From contig AP038806.1 of the NCBI GenBank assembly GCA_047150005.1, positions 576,001 through 640,000 of the forward strand: a stretch of DNA of 64,000 nucleotides, read 5' to 3'. Position numbers and translations under genes: made by a program. The notes below the pieces were generated by a model. That model was given only the letters and a program-made list of their open reading frames with translations, had not been told where the DNA came from and did not search any database. This document shows, one piece after another, positions 40,359-49,538 of the stretch. The DNA is from Nitrospira sp. Lineage in GTDB: Bacteria; Nitrospirota; Nitrospiria; Nitrospirales; Nitrospiraceae. How positions within the stretch are numbered: position 1 is the stretch's first letter; each line of letters opens with the position of its first letter.

Positions 40359-40657
40359 GACGAGGCTCCTTCCCTCGGTCCCTGCGGACCACTGGAGCCG
40401 TCGTCACACGTCCAAGGCAGGCTCAGAGGGCGTACAGACAAGAATCTCGTTGGGTCGCGCAGGGAGGCGATCACTGAAATCGGTTAATTGCTTACTATCG
40501 TCGCTTTCCATGTCAGGGCCTCACAGTCTGATTGCGGCCGAATGTCTAAATTCTTTCCTCACCCACGGTCTAAGACCGCGCGATCACGACTACATCTTCG
40601 CTAGGCTTCTACCGAAAGATCGGCGATCTGTCAAGCACCCTGACATTGCACTTAGAC

Positions 40658-41038
40658 TTACGGGAAACAGGTTGCAAAGATGGCCTCGCAGTCGTCGTCT
40701 TCGGTCCCCGCTTTTTGAGGTACTGTTCGGAATTCGACTCCCGTAACTTTCTCGTGCTCGATCAGGAGGCTGGCCCAGCAGCCATGATGCTCGCCCGGGG
40801 TGCTGCCTTTCAAAAATGGGCGTGACTCCTCAAACATAGACGCCTCCTTGTAATAGCGAAGGATGACGCCGTCCTCATATTGAACCTGCCTAACCGGTGT
40901 CCCCGCACATTGAAGAATGCTGGTGTGAGTCTTCCCCATAAGGCGTTGTGCCATCGGATTCCTGGTTGGTTCCAGTGGCGTCGACGCGCATCCGATTGAG
41001 AGAAGAAGTATAAGCGTGGCTGCGGACAGGACATACAT
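40658..41038 (-). CDS. Small hypothetical lipoprotein
   Basis: Hydrophobic signal with lipobox SIGC, and several paired Cys residues. Confidence 0.7.
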   Translation of the reverse strand: MYVLSAATLILLLSIGCASTPLEPTRNPMAQRLMGKTHTSILQCAGTPVRQVQYEDGVILRYYKEASMFEESRPFLKGSTPGEHHGCWASLLIEHEKVTGVEFRTVPQKAGTEDDDCEAIFATCFP

Positions 41039-41476
41039 CGGTCGTTAGCCTACAGTATAGACATCGGAGAGACAACCGCCTCTGCCTCTATGAGCCGGAC
41101 TTGCTGTCTCACCTTGCACAATCAAATCTACCCGCTCGATTTATCACCGTAGCGGCTTTGCCAACCCGGATAGAAGCGGTACGATCGCCTGCATTTTTCG
41201 AGTCAGCGAAACGATGCGAGAGCGCCTGTATGGCACAACGTATCGCTCCCGCTCTTGGGATCGAATTCTACACTTTCCGGACTTCTCGTCGTTTCACCCA
41301 TCCCATTTTCAAGAGGTTTGTTGACGGGCCATGCGGATGTTTCGTTATCGTCCCTAAGGAACCCTCGAGAGGGAGGGACATCCTCGCAGATATACGGAGA
41401 GTAACAGAGCTCGCATTAGGGTAGGTCTTTCCCAGCGAGGGGGAAAGTGTGATGCCTCAAGAACGGCAAGCAAGCC

Positions 41477-41809
41477 ATGGCAAGGCTGCTCTTGCACTCA
41501 TGTTCGTTGCCGGATTGGAAGGACTTTGCTATAGTCCCGCCCGGAGGGGGATCAGTGGGGTTCGAGCCCAATTATATCGTGGTCGACGGTCAAACGTTCA
41601 GCAAAGCCAAGCTGGGATTGGACAATCACGTCTACAAGAACTGCCAGATCGATGATTGCGACTTGTATTACAGCGGAGGACAGTACGAGCTCATCGACAC
41701 CCATATCACCAATTCACGGTTGATTCTGAATCATCCCGCCAAAGGAATCTATCACGCACTCCAGATCTTTAAGATGAAATCGCCTGGGTCCCGCATCATC
41801 TTCGAATAG
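41477..41809 (+). CDS. Hypothetical protein
   Basis: 110-aa ORF with natural composition (beta-helix-like DNHVYKNCQIDDCDLYYSGG). Start uncertain. Confidence 0.6.
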   Translation: MARLLLHSCSLPDWKDFAIVPPGGGSVGFEPNYIVVDGQTFSKAKLGLDNHVYKNCQIDDCDLYYSGGQYELIDTHITNSRLILNHPAKGIYHALQIFKMKSPGSRIIFE

Positions 41810-41921
41810 AATCTTCCAGCTCAATATCCCCACAATACGACGGAGCAGGACGGACCATCACAGATCTGGAAGAACGCAATCGATCCGAACCGCGGAGCGA
41901 GGAAATCAAACGAGCGGGCTG

Positions 41922-43190
41922 CTACTTGTTGATCGGAATGTTCTCTGTCCTCGTGACGATCTCGATCGGTTGAAAGACCGGGTCCGAGGGACCCTTGGAA
42001 GACTCGGCTTCGATTCGCTGAAGGAAGGGAGCCGGTCCGGTGATCGGCGCATAACTCAATGTCGTCTCGACGTCGAACGTCCTGGTTTCTTTCGGCGTGG
42101 GGAACGTAAAGGTTTCGACACGTAATTCTTCCGGCTTCAGCACGGTGTCCTCGACGACCTTCACGGCCTCGAAATCAAACTGAGTCTTCTCGCCTTTTGC
42201 ATTCTGATAGACCCGACCGTAGATCCGCTTGTCGGAAAAGACGGTCTTGAGGTTCTTACCCTTGATGGCAAGATCGAGAACCACGCTCGCCCAAGCGGGA
42301 TGAGTCGTCGGAAGGTTGTGGGGCACCAGACTCTGAACCTTTACGGTCACCGTCGTCTTGTCTCCTTCGATCTTCGTTTCCACGTCCAGTTTCGCCGCTT
42401 CCTGCCGAAGCTTCCCGATCCTGCCCGGGAACGTATGGTTCGCCACAGTCCGTTTCTTCTCGCCGTTGGCCGATTCGCCCGTCTGCTCGGGCATATGACA
42501 GGACTGGCATTCTTTCCCGGATTTGACGGCTTTACTCTGATCCCAATTCCCCAGCAGATCGTTCGCTTTTCCGAGGTTGGCGGCGGAGGGAACCGCCTGA
42601 TGGCAGTTCAGGCAAAGGTCCGATTTTCTGAACAGTCCCAGTTCCATCGATTGATGCGCCAGGTTCGGCGCAAAGTCTTTGTACGGACCGTAGAGGGTCT
42701 TACTGCCCGGGGCTTCGTACTTCGGCTCCGGCGGATGCTTGGCACGATCCACCTGTTTGATCAGATGACACTGCGCGCACGCGACGCCGTCCAGTTGCGG
42801 ATCGCCCGATTTGACCTGGTCGATAAAGAGCTGGGTGTGATCCTGAAACTCACGGACGTGGGGGGCGTGGCACCGGAGACAGAGCGCCTTGTCTTTTCCC
42901 TCCGGTGAAGCGAGAAACGCGTCGAGCGTGGCCCGGAAGGCCGGCGAATGGATGGATCGGGAGAGGGGCGACGTCTCCCATTCCTCAAACACGCGTTCGT
43001 GGCAGCGTTTGCACTTGTTGGAATTCGGGAACGCTTTCTCGATCAGAGCTTGAGACTTCGCATCCTGAGCGAGCGTACGGTCCTCCACAATCCCCAACCA
43101 GACAGCGGCCAGCGCGACGAGCAAGACCGTCAGAGTCGCCTTCCTCTTCATTAAGGTGCGCAGTGTCGTATGCATCCGTTGCCCGACCAT
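41922..43190 (-). CDS. Periplasmic pentaheme c-type cytochrome
   Basis: Signal peptide and five CxxCH motifs: CKRCH, CLRCH, CAQCH, CLNCH, CQSCH. Confidence 0.92.
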   Translation of the reverse strand: MVGQRMHTTLRTLMKRKATLTVLLVALAAVWLGIVEDRTLAQDAKSQALIEKAFPNSNKCKRCHERVFEEWETSPLSRSIHSPAFRATLDAFLASPEGKDKALCLRCHAPHVREFQDHTQLFIDQVKSGDPQLDGVACAQCHLIKQVDRAKHPPEPKYEAPGSKTLYGPYKDFAPNLAHQSMELGLFRKSDLCLNCHQAVPSAANLGKANDLLGNWDQSKAVKSGKECQSCHMPEQTGESANGEKKRTVANHTFPGRIGKLRQEAAKLDVETKIEGDKTTVTVKVQSLVPHNLPTTHPAWASVVLDLAIKGKNLKTVFSDKRIYGRVYQNAKGEKTQFDFEAVKVVEDTVLKPEELRVETFTFPTPKETRTFDVETTLSYAPITGPAPFLQRIEAESSKGPSDPVFQPIEIVTRTENIPINK

Positions 43191-43191
43191 C

Positions 43192-44487
43192 TTAGAGATT
43201 CTTGGCCCGATAGGTCAGCATGCGTGGCTGTGTGTATTCATCGAGGATTTTCGTCGCTGCCTCCCGCTCCTTGTCCCCGCCAAGCGTGGCCAGGTATTTA
43301 TCTTTCAGTTCAGGGGTGGGGCTCGGAATCAATCCGTAGGTCAGCACCGCCTCGATCAAGGCCGGGCTTCCGCCCGAGGGCACCGCGAGGGAAAACGGCA
43401 CCTTTCTAGTGTTCCCGCCCTTGATGAAGGGATCGGGGATGGGGCCGCGGAGGATTTTGTCGTAGCTCAATCCGAATTGTTTCGTTTCCGTCGCCAACAT
43501 CGCGCCACGAGCGTCCTTCACGGTGATCTGAAGAAAGAATTGCTTGAGGACCGGATCGCCGTCCGGAAAACTGTGCGGAAGACTTCCCACTTTGACCAAC
43601 ACCGTCCCGTCCACGGTGGCCGAAGACTTGGCGGTTTCGATATCGATCCGCGGCATCCATTCCGCCTGCAGATTGCGGTTCTTCAACAGGATTCCGGGAA
43701 TGACGACGCCGCGGAACCAGTGACGGCCGATCGAACGGGTCATCGCCCCGCGTTTCGACGTGGAACTGCCCGTCGAAGGCTCCATGTGGCAGTCCTGGCA
43801 AATCGTACCTTGAAGGATCTCTCCTGGAAGATTTTTCTGCGTCACGTCCTTGACCTTGTCGAAATGGCACGATGCGCAGAAATTCGCCCCCCGGTAGAGT
43901 TCGGATTGGATCGCCGGATGAACTAAATTCTCCTCGGGGTCCGCATAGGGACCGTACATGGTCTTGCCCGGCTCGATCGCGAACGTCGGAGGTGGCGAGA
44001 GGGTCGTTTGGACGGACTTGATGAGGTGGCAGGATGCGCAACCGATGCCTTCAATCTGCGGTTTGCCGGCCAGGACTTGCGTCACCATTTTTTCCGCATG
44101 CTGAGGAAACACGGTCGTCGACGGCACATGGCACGACAAACAGCGCTTACGCTCTTCGGCTGTCGGATTCGTCTGAATCCACAGCCCCAACACGGTGCGA
44201 AACACAGGCGACTCCAGCGACGTCCCGTGCAGAAGGGCCGCATCCACCCGACCGAAGGTTTTAAGATCCGGCGTCTGCTCCCGCGCGCCCTTCCACTCTT
44301 CGTAGTGGCGGTCATGGCACTGCTTGCAATCCTCCGAGCGGATGAAGATTTTCTCGATCTCGGCAATCCAATCGCCGGAGGCTTGCCCGTCCGCTTTCTG
44401 GGCGATGGCACGATCGTGAAAGAGACCGATCAGGCCGATCGCCAAGAACAAGAATGCCGCGGTGATGATCCGCTGTCTGACTCGCAC
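43192..44487 (-). CDS. Periplasmic pentaheme c-type cytochrome (paralog of 41922-43190)
   Basis: Signal peptide and five CxxCH motifs: CKQCH, CLSCH, CASCH, CASCH, CQDCH. Shares the SP.FR, YGPY and PH motifs with its neighbour. Confidence 0.92.
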   Translation of the reverse strand: MRVRQRIITAAFLFLAIGLIGLFHDRAIAQKADGQASGDWIAEIEKIFIRSEDCKQCHDRHYEEWKGAREQTPDLKTFGRVDAALLHGTSLESPVFRTVLGLWIQTNPTAEERKRCLSCHVPSTTVFPQHAEKMVTQVLAGKPQIEGIGCASCHLIKSVQTTLSPPPTFAIEPGKTMYGPYADPEENLVHPAIQSELYRGANFCASCHFDKVKDVTQKNLPGEILQGTICQDCHMEPSTGSSTSKRGAMTRSIGRHWFRGVVIPGILLKNRNLQAEWMPRIDIETAKSSATVDGTVLVKVGSLPHSFPDGDPVLKQFFLQITVKDARGAMLATETKQFGLSYDKILRGPIPDPFIKGGNTRKVPFSLAVPSGGSPALIEAVLTYGLIPSPTPELKDKYLATLGGDKEREAATKILDEYTQPRMLTYRAKNL

Positions 44488-44499
44488 GGTCCGACCTTT

Positions 44500-44961
44500 C
44501 TAGTCTCTCTTGCAACCCACGAAGTGGAAGTTCACTCCCCAGCCGACCGGATCCCCGGGATCCGCCGGCTCATACGTCCCCACCGTAAAGTTGCACTCCT
44601 TCATGGCCTTTTTGATCGCTCGGCCGAACTCCAGCATATTCTTGATCTCTGTCTTGTCGATCTCCTTGATGACCGACCGCACCTTGATTCCTGCATAGTC
44701 GGCCCGCGAATTTCCGATGACCTCGAAAACCGCGACGCCCTGGGGCCGCTGTAACTTCAATTCCTTTTGGATCTCTTCGTCGACTTCGCCGACCACGACC
44801 CCGAACTCTTCTCCGAGTTTAGCGGCCTCCTCCTCGGTCATGGGAGTCTGATCGATTGCGTTGACCGGCGTCACGGCCAAACTTCCCATCAACCCTCCCC
44901 ACAACCCGGCACACAGAAAAAAGGCCCTCCAGGGACGAAGGGCCTCTGTACGCGCTTTCAT
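44500..44961 (-). CDS. Exported single-PDZ-domain protein
   Basis: Signal peptide. GVAVFEVIGNSRADYAGIKVRSVIKEID fits the PDZ pattern. Confidence 0.78.
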   Translation of the reverse strand: MKARTEALRPWRAFFLCAGLWGGLMGSLAVTPVNAIDQTPMTEEEAAKLGEEFGVVVGEVDEEIQKELKLQRPQGVAVFEVIGNSRADYAGIKVRSVIKEIDKTEIKNMLEFGRAIKKAMKECNFTVGTYEPADPGDPVGWGVNFHFVGCKRD

Positions 44962-45020
44962 ACGGTTGCAGTCTCTCCCCTCAACAGCCGTTCACGGACG
45001 AATCCGTCCGCTTCGCCCCC

Positions 45021-45851
45021 TCAAAGATTCGCTACAGGATCGATCGACAATTGAAACCAGGGAGCCACGGCCTTCTGACCGTTCCGCTCCTTATTCTCAC
45101 CGTTCCACACCGCAAAGGAGACGGTCTGAACACGTCCGGGAATCAATTTGGCTTCGTTCTCCTGTTCTTCGCCCACCAACGGTCTCCGCATGACGACATG
45201 CCAGACTCCGTCCTTCCAGAGGGCTTTGCCCTGCACGCGGCCCTGCTTTTCCTTGGTGGTCAATGTACTGAACCCCCCTCCGATGAGATCCTCCACCGAG
45301 GACACACGCCGCGGAATGACTTCGAACGTTCTCACGCCCTCACGCTGCTTGTCGGTGCTTCTTGCGGCGCGCCGGTCGATATCACTCTGCCAATCGGCTT
45401 TCCAGTGCCAGATGTTGATGTAGTGATCGAGTTGGCCCATGCAGAAAAAAGCCGGCGCATCCCCCAACGGGAGACCAATCGCCACCCCATCGCGAAACGT
45501 GCCGGGCGTGAGTCGATCGTTCTTGGTGTTGTCCTGCCATTCCAGGAGGAAGGCGAGCTCGGTGCCGTTGTGGATGGCTCGAACCGTCAATGCCCGGGCC
45601 GTCGGTTCCGGCCACACCGGCCGTGTGATGATCTGACCGCTCAATGGCAACGTCATCGGGGAGACTTTTGCCCATGCGGTATCCTCGGGAGTCGACGGGA
45701 GATCTCCCTGCGCATAATGCGCCCGGATCATCATGCCCTCCGAGCTGACCAGGGGAATCCCCAGCCCACCAAGGACGCCCGCAATGACGAGGATGGAAGA
45801 GAATATCGCCAACAGAGAACGAGAAGCCGTCTTCGTCGTCATGCGTCCCAT
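45021..45851 (-). CDS. EbdC/NxrC-like heme b subunit (DMSO reductase family type II gamma subunit), candidate
   Basis: N-terminal TM/signal, W.D.TK.D...FRD, FCMGQ (Met ligand), NIWHW and FAVWNG...ERNGQK (Lys ligand). Confidence 0.85.
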   Translation of the reverse strand: MGRMTTKTASRSLLAIFSSILVIAGVLGGLGIPLVSSEGMMIRAHYAQGDLPSTPEDTAWAKVSPMTLPLSGQIITRPVWPEPTARALTVRAIHNGTELAFLLEWQDNTKNDRLTPGTFRDGVAIGLPLGDAPAFFCMGQLDHYINIWHWKADWQSDIDRRAARSTDKQREGVRTFEVIPRRVSSVEDLIGGGFSTLTTKEKQGRVQGKALWKDGVWHVVMRRPLVGEEQENEAKLIPGRVQTVSFAVWNGENKERNGQKAVAPWFQLSIDPVANL

Positions 45852-45943
45852 GAAAGGCCCTCGGATGACCGACGCAACCGGGCTCGACGATGCCACAATA
45901 CCATACTTTTCCGGCGAGACCAATCCGGATGCGTTCCGTCTGC

Positions 45944-47197
45944 CTAACGAAGCCGCACGCGACGAATCTTGTTTTCTCCGCGCTCACAGATATAGAGATG
46001 CCCGCGCGAATCCAACGCGAGCCCGACGGGAGAATTGACAACTGCGTCCACGCCTAGAAGCCCGTCGCCGTGTTTGAGTCCTCCGGCCGCCTCCTTCGCC
46101 ACGAACCGCGCGGCGCCGCAGCCGCCCATATTCTTGTCTTCATACCCGCTGTCGCCGTTGCCGGCGACGGTGGTAATGATCCCGGTGGCCGCATCTACGC
46201 GGCGGACACGGTGGTTCATGGTGTCGGAGACATACAGATTGTCCTGCTCATCCAACACGACGGCCTCGGGAGCATGCAGCATCGCGCGCACCGCCGGCTT
46301 CTCATCTCCGTCATAGCCATACCGGCAGACGCCGGCCACGGTCGAAATGACGCCCGTCTGCCGATCGATCTTCCGGACACGATTGCTTCCCTTGTCGACG
46401 ATGATCACGTGCCCGTTGCTGTTAACGCTGATGCCGACCACGTCATAGAGACGCGCGTCCAGAGCCGGCCGGCCGTCGTCCAGATACATGGACATATCCA
46501 ATCCGTCGGAACACACGGGCATCAGCCATCCGTGATCGTCGCTGAAATCGATTCCAATCGCGTCTCCGGAGAGCACGACAAGATTCCTGGCGACCAACGG
46601 CTGCTCGCGCGCATCGTCCTCCGTCGTCCAAGTTCCGGCAATCGTGGTCACCATACCTGATGCGGGATCGTACCGGCGGATTCGGTGAGCCTGGGTATCC
46701 GCGATGTACAGGACATCGTCCTTGTCGAACGCGATGGCGGCGGGCCAGGTCAGATTGACGTTCAACGCCGGGCCGTCCCCATTGAAACCATGTTGTCCCG
46801 TTCCAACGACGGTCGAAATGATCCCGGTGTCGCGGGCGATTTTTCTGATGCGATTGCTGCCGGAGTCGCAGAGGTAGAGGTCGTTGCGGGAATCGAAGGC
46901 GACGTCAAGCGGCAAATACAACCCCGCTTCTCCGCAGGGGCCTTCATCGCCGCTGTAACAGGTTTCCCCGATTCCGGCGAAGTTGTGAAGGGTGCCTTCC
47001 TGGAGATCGACGCGCCGAATCCGGTCGGAACCGGATTCAGCGAAATAGAGCCAGCGCTCGTCCCGATCCACGGCGGCGTGATGCGGCAGTGGAATACCGG
47101 CCTTCACGGCGCGCTTTCCGTCTCCGGTGCTGCGAGCCTTCCCGTTACCGGCAAACGTTTCGATATAGCCCAGTGCGAGCTGAACTTCCGTTTCCAT
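45944..47197 (-). CDS. NHL-repeat beta-propeller protein
   Basis: Repeated P..(V/I)A.D....LY.(A/C/S)D...(N/H)R(I/V)R(K/R)....G.I.T.AG units. Confidence 0.9.
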   Translation of the reverse strand: METEVQLALGYIETFAGNGKARSTGDGKRAVKAGIPLPHHAAVDRDERWLYFAESGSDRIRRVDLQEGTLHNFAGIGETCYSGDEGPCGEAGLYLPLDVAFDSRNDLYLCDSGSNRIRKIARDTGIISTVVGTGQHGFNGDGPALNVNLTWPAAIAFDKDDVLYIADTQAHRIRRYDPASGMVTTIAGTWTTEDDAREQPLVARNLVVLSGDAIGIDFSDDHGWLMPVCSDGLDMSMYLDDGRPALDARLYDVVGISVNSNGHVIIVDKGSNRVRKIDRQTGVISTVAGVCRYGYDGDEKPAVRAMLHAPEAVVLDEQDNLYVSDTMNHRVRRVDAATGIITTVAGNGDSGYEDKNMGGCGAARFVAKEAAGGLKHGDGLLGVDAVVNSPVGLALDSRGHLYICERGENKIRRVRLR

Positions 47198-47220
47198 CTT
47201 CAGCGCAGCGCCCCTCTGTC

Positions 47221-47484
47221 CTACGCGTGGGAAACCGGCTGCGGAGCCGGTTGATCCGCCACGGGCGCCTGCGCAGGCGGAATGGCTTGCTGGGGAGTCG
47301 CGGTCTGCTGCTGAGCCGCCTGAGCCTCTGCCTCAATCGCCTCCGCCTCGTGGACGGACTTCTTGAACCCCTTGATGGCCTTCCCAATCCCTTCTCCCAA
47401 CTGCGGGAGTTTTCCGGCACCGAAGATGATCAATACGATGAAGAGGATGAGAATCAACTCCGTGAAACCAAGACTCCCAAACAT
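47221..47484 (-). CDS. tatA: Twin-arginine translocase subunit TatA
   Basis: [35 protein letters not shown] is the TatA TM-hinge-amphipathic helix pattern. Confidence 0.95.
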   Translation of the reverse strand: MFGSLGFTELILILFIVLIIFGAGKLPQLGEGIGKAIKGFKKSVHEAEAIEAEAQAAQQQTATPQQAIPPAQAPVADQPAPQPVSHA

Positions 47485-47508
47485 GGCATGCTCCTTCGTA
47501 TAGGTGTG

Positions 47509-48318
47509 TCAGGACGGGCTGCTTTCCTTGCTTCGCTTTGCAAACCGCTCTTTCAATCGCTGGCGCGCCTGCTCAGCCTGCTCGAACATCTTACACTTAT
47601 CGTACACGCTGATGAGATTATAGTATGCCAGCGGCTCGTCGGCATTCTGCTCGACCGCGTCCTCCATGACCTTGATGGCCAAATCAGATTTCTTGTGATT
47701 CAACGCCAACTCCATCAGTTTGAAACTGGCCTCCAGATGCTTCGGGTCCAGTTCAAGCGTGCGCAGATAACACTGAATGGCCATATCAATCGTATTGTAG
47801 TCCGATACCTGGGGGTTATCGAGCTCGACATAGACTCCTGCTAGATTGTACCAGGCGATGGGATCGTCCGGCGTGATCTCGACGAGGCGTTCGTAGTATC
47901 CCTTGGCTTCCATATATTTCTTCTTGTCCGCGTAGACCCGTCCCAAATTGAAAAGCGCCAGCACATCGTATTGGAACACATCCAGCGCATGCTTGAATTC
48001 GGCCTCCGCCTCGTCGGACATGTTCTTGGTCGCATAGATCGTTCCCAGATTCGAGTAATACATGGCCAGAGAACGATTCATTTCGGCGCGCAGCCCTTCC
48101 GCCATTTCGATGGATTTCTTGACCTCCACGAGCGCATCGTCAAGACGCCCCTTGCTGAAATATAGTTCCCCCAGTCGACAGCGCGCCTGGAAATCGTCAG
48201 GCTCCGCGGCCAGCAGCTTCTCGATTTCGGCGATTTCTTCGTCCGGATTCAACGGCTGATCGTTCGGATCCACCGCCACGCGGCTTTGTTCCGCCTGTAC
48301 ACTCGTGTCATCGCTCAT
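47509..48318 (-). CDS. Tetratricopeptide repeat protein
   Basis: Multiple TPR units (YSNLGTIY, LFNLGRVY, AWYNLAGVY, AYYNL). Confidence 0.9.
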   Translation of the reverse strand: MSDDTSVQAEQSRVAVDPNDQPLNPDEEIAEIEKLLAAEPDDFQARCRLGELYFSKGRLDDALVEVKKSIEMAEGLRAEMNRSLAMYYSNLGTIYATKNMSDEAEAEFKHALDVFQYDVLALFNLGRVYADKKKYMEAKGYYERLVEITPDDPIAWYNLAGVYVELDNPQVSDYNTIDMAIQCYLRTLELDPKHLEASFKLMELALNHKKSDLAIKVMEDAVEQNADEPLAYYNLISVYDKCKMFEQAEQARQRLKERFAKRSKESSPS

Positions 48319-48348
48319 GTGAAGTTCCCACCCGTCCTTAACAGTCCG

Positions 48349-49470
48349 TTAAATGTGATCCCCTGCCAGTCGATCGGAACTTCCCAGCATGGGCGCTCCG
48401 ACCTGAGAGGGGGCTTCTACTGTTTCCCGTCGATATCGATCCATCGTCAACAACATGACGCCCAGCACGACCATCAACGTCAGATTCGAATAGAGCAAGG
48501 CATACCCCGCGATAAACATCAAACCTAAGCCATAGCCGGCAAGCCTTCCCATGGTCAACAGCCGGATCACAGTATAAGACCAGCAGAGAAGCCCGGCCAT
48601 GTACAGCGCAAAGGGCAGATAAAAGGTGTACCCCATTCCGAACTGGAAAATCCACCCGATGCCGTCGGCACCTTTTCGGATGTTGCTCGCCATGACGGGA
48701 TCGTATCGGCTGAGAAGATAATCCAAGAAGAGCATGACCGTGAAGATGCTTCCGGCTATCCCCCAGAACCAGAAGGCTCGACGACGTTGATGCTGGTTGC
48801 GGGAGCGGAAAGACAGCCCACGGCCGTAGGCTCCATACACCAGGATGCTGGCCAAGACCATCAAAGCTTCCCCGGCCCGGTGAAATTCGTAGACGAAGGG
48901 GGGAGCAGCCACGGTACCGAGAAAACTGAAGAACGTGGAAACCATTTGATAATAGAGCCAGCCGGAGATTCCCAACAGGTACACGATCCCCAAAGCCCGG
49001 TTAGACCAGTCATGATGGGTCAGCAAATACTCGGTCATCAACAACGCGATCGCCGTCAACGCAATCAGGTTGTAAATGGCCGACCCGATCATCGTCGGGG
49101 GAACAAACAAGAATCCCACGGTCAACAGCAGCAGCAACGCCACGCAGGGTACCGTCGCTTTGTTCAAACCGTTCCAGCCCCGACTGGCAAGCCGATTCAT
49201 CAGTCCGAGGATGAGCCCCAAGAACAAGAGAATGGCCACGGCATTCAGAAGCCACTGCCCGATCTCCGTCAGCGCCGTAAAGGTGGGAATGATCCATTGA
49301 TGATCGGCCGCCAGCTTGCTGAGGTGCATGCCCAGACGGGACACCAGCCGATAGAGAATCAGCTCCAGGAAGGACACCAAGAGCACGAGCTTGATTGTGT
49401 ATTGAAAGAGGAGCGGCTGATCGCTCAGCTTCCCGGTCACGCGCTCTATGGTTCTCGTCGAAACCGTCAT
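48349..49470 (-). CDS. Polytopic membrane protein of unknown function
   Basis: Roughly ten hydrophobic segments. Contains His in GMHLSK, THHDW and FHRAGE. Confidence 0.85.
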   Translation of the reverse strand: MTVSTRTIERVTGKLSDQPLLFQYTIKLVLLVSFLELILYRLVSRLGMHLSKLAADHQWIIPTFTALTEIGQWLLNAVAILLFLGLILGLMNRLASRGWNGLNKATVPCVALLLLLTVGFLFVPPTMIGSAIYNLIALTAIALLMTEYLLTHHDWSNRALGIVYLLGISGWLYYQMVSTFFSFLGTVAAPPFVYEFHRAGEALMVLASILVYGAYGRGLSFRSRNQHQRRRAFWFWGIAGSIFTVMLFLDYLLSRYDPVMASNIRKGADGIGWIFQFGMGYTFYLPFALYMAGLLCWSYTVIRLLTMGRLAGYGLGLMFIAGYALLYSNLTLMVVLGVMLLTMDRYRRETVEAPSQVGAPMLGSSDRLAGDHI

Positions 49471-49538
49471 GACCGCACTCCGCGTCCAACGTGAAAATTA
49501 TACCGATCCGGGAAAAACCCGGTCAACGACGCCCGTCG

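Noticed and set aside
40357..40746. 129-aa plus-strand ORF, and ORFs at 41101-41424 and 15612-16049
   Set aside because: Atypical composition or overlap with better-supported genes. Likely non-coding.
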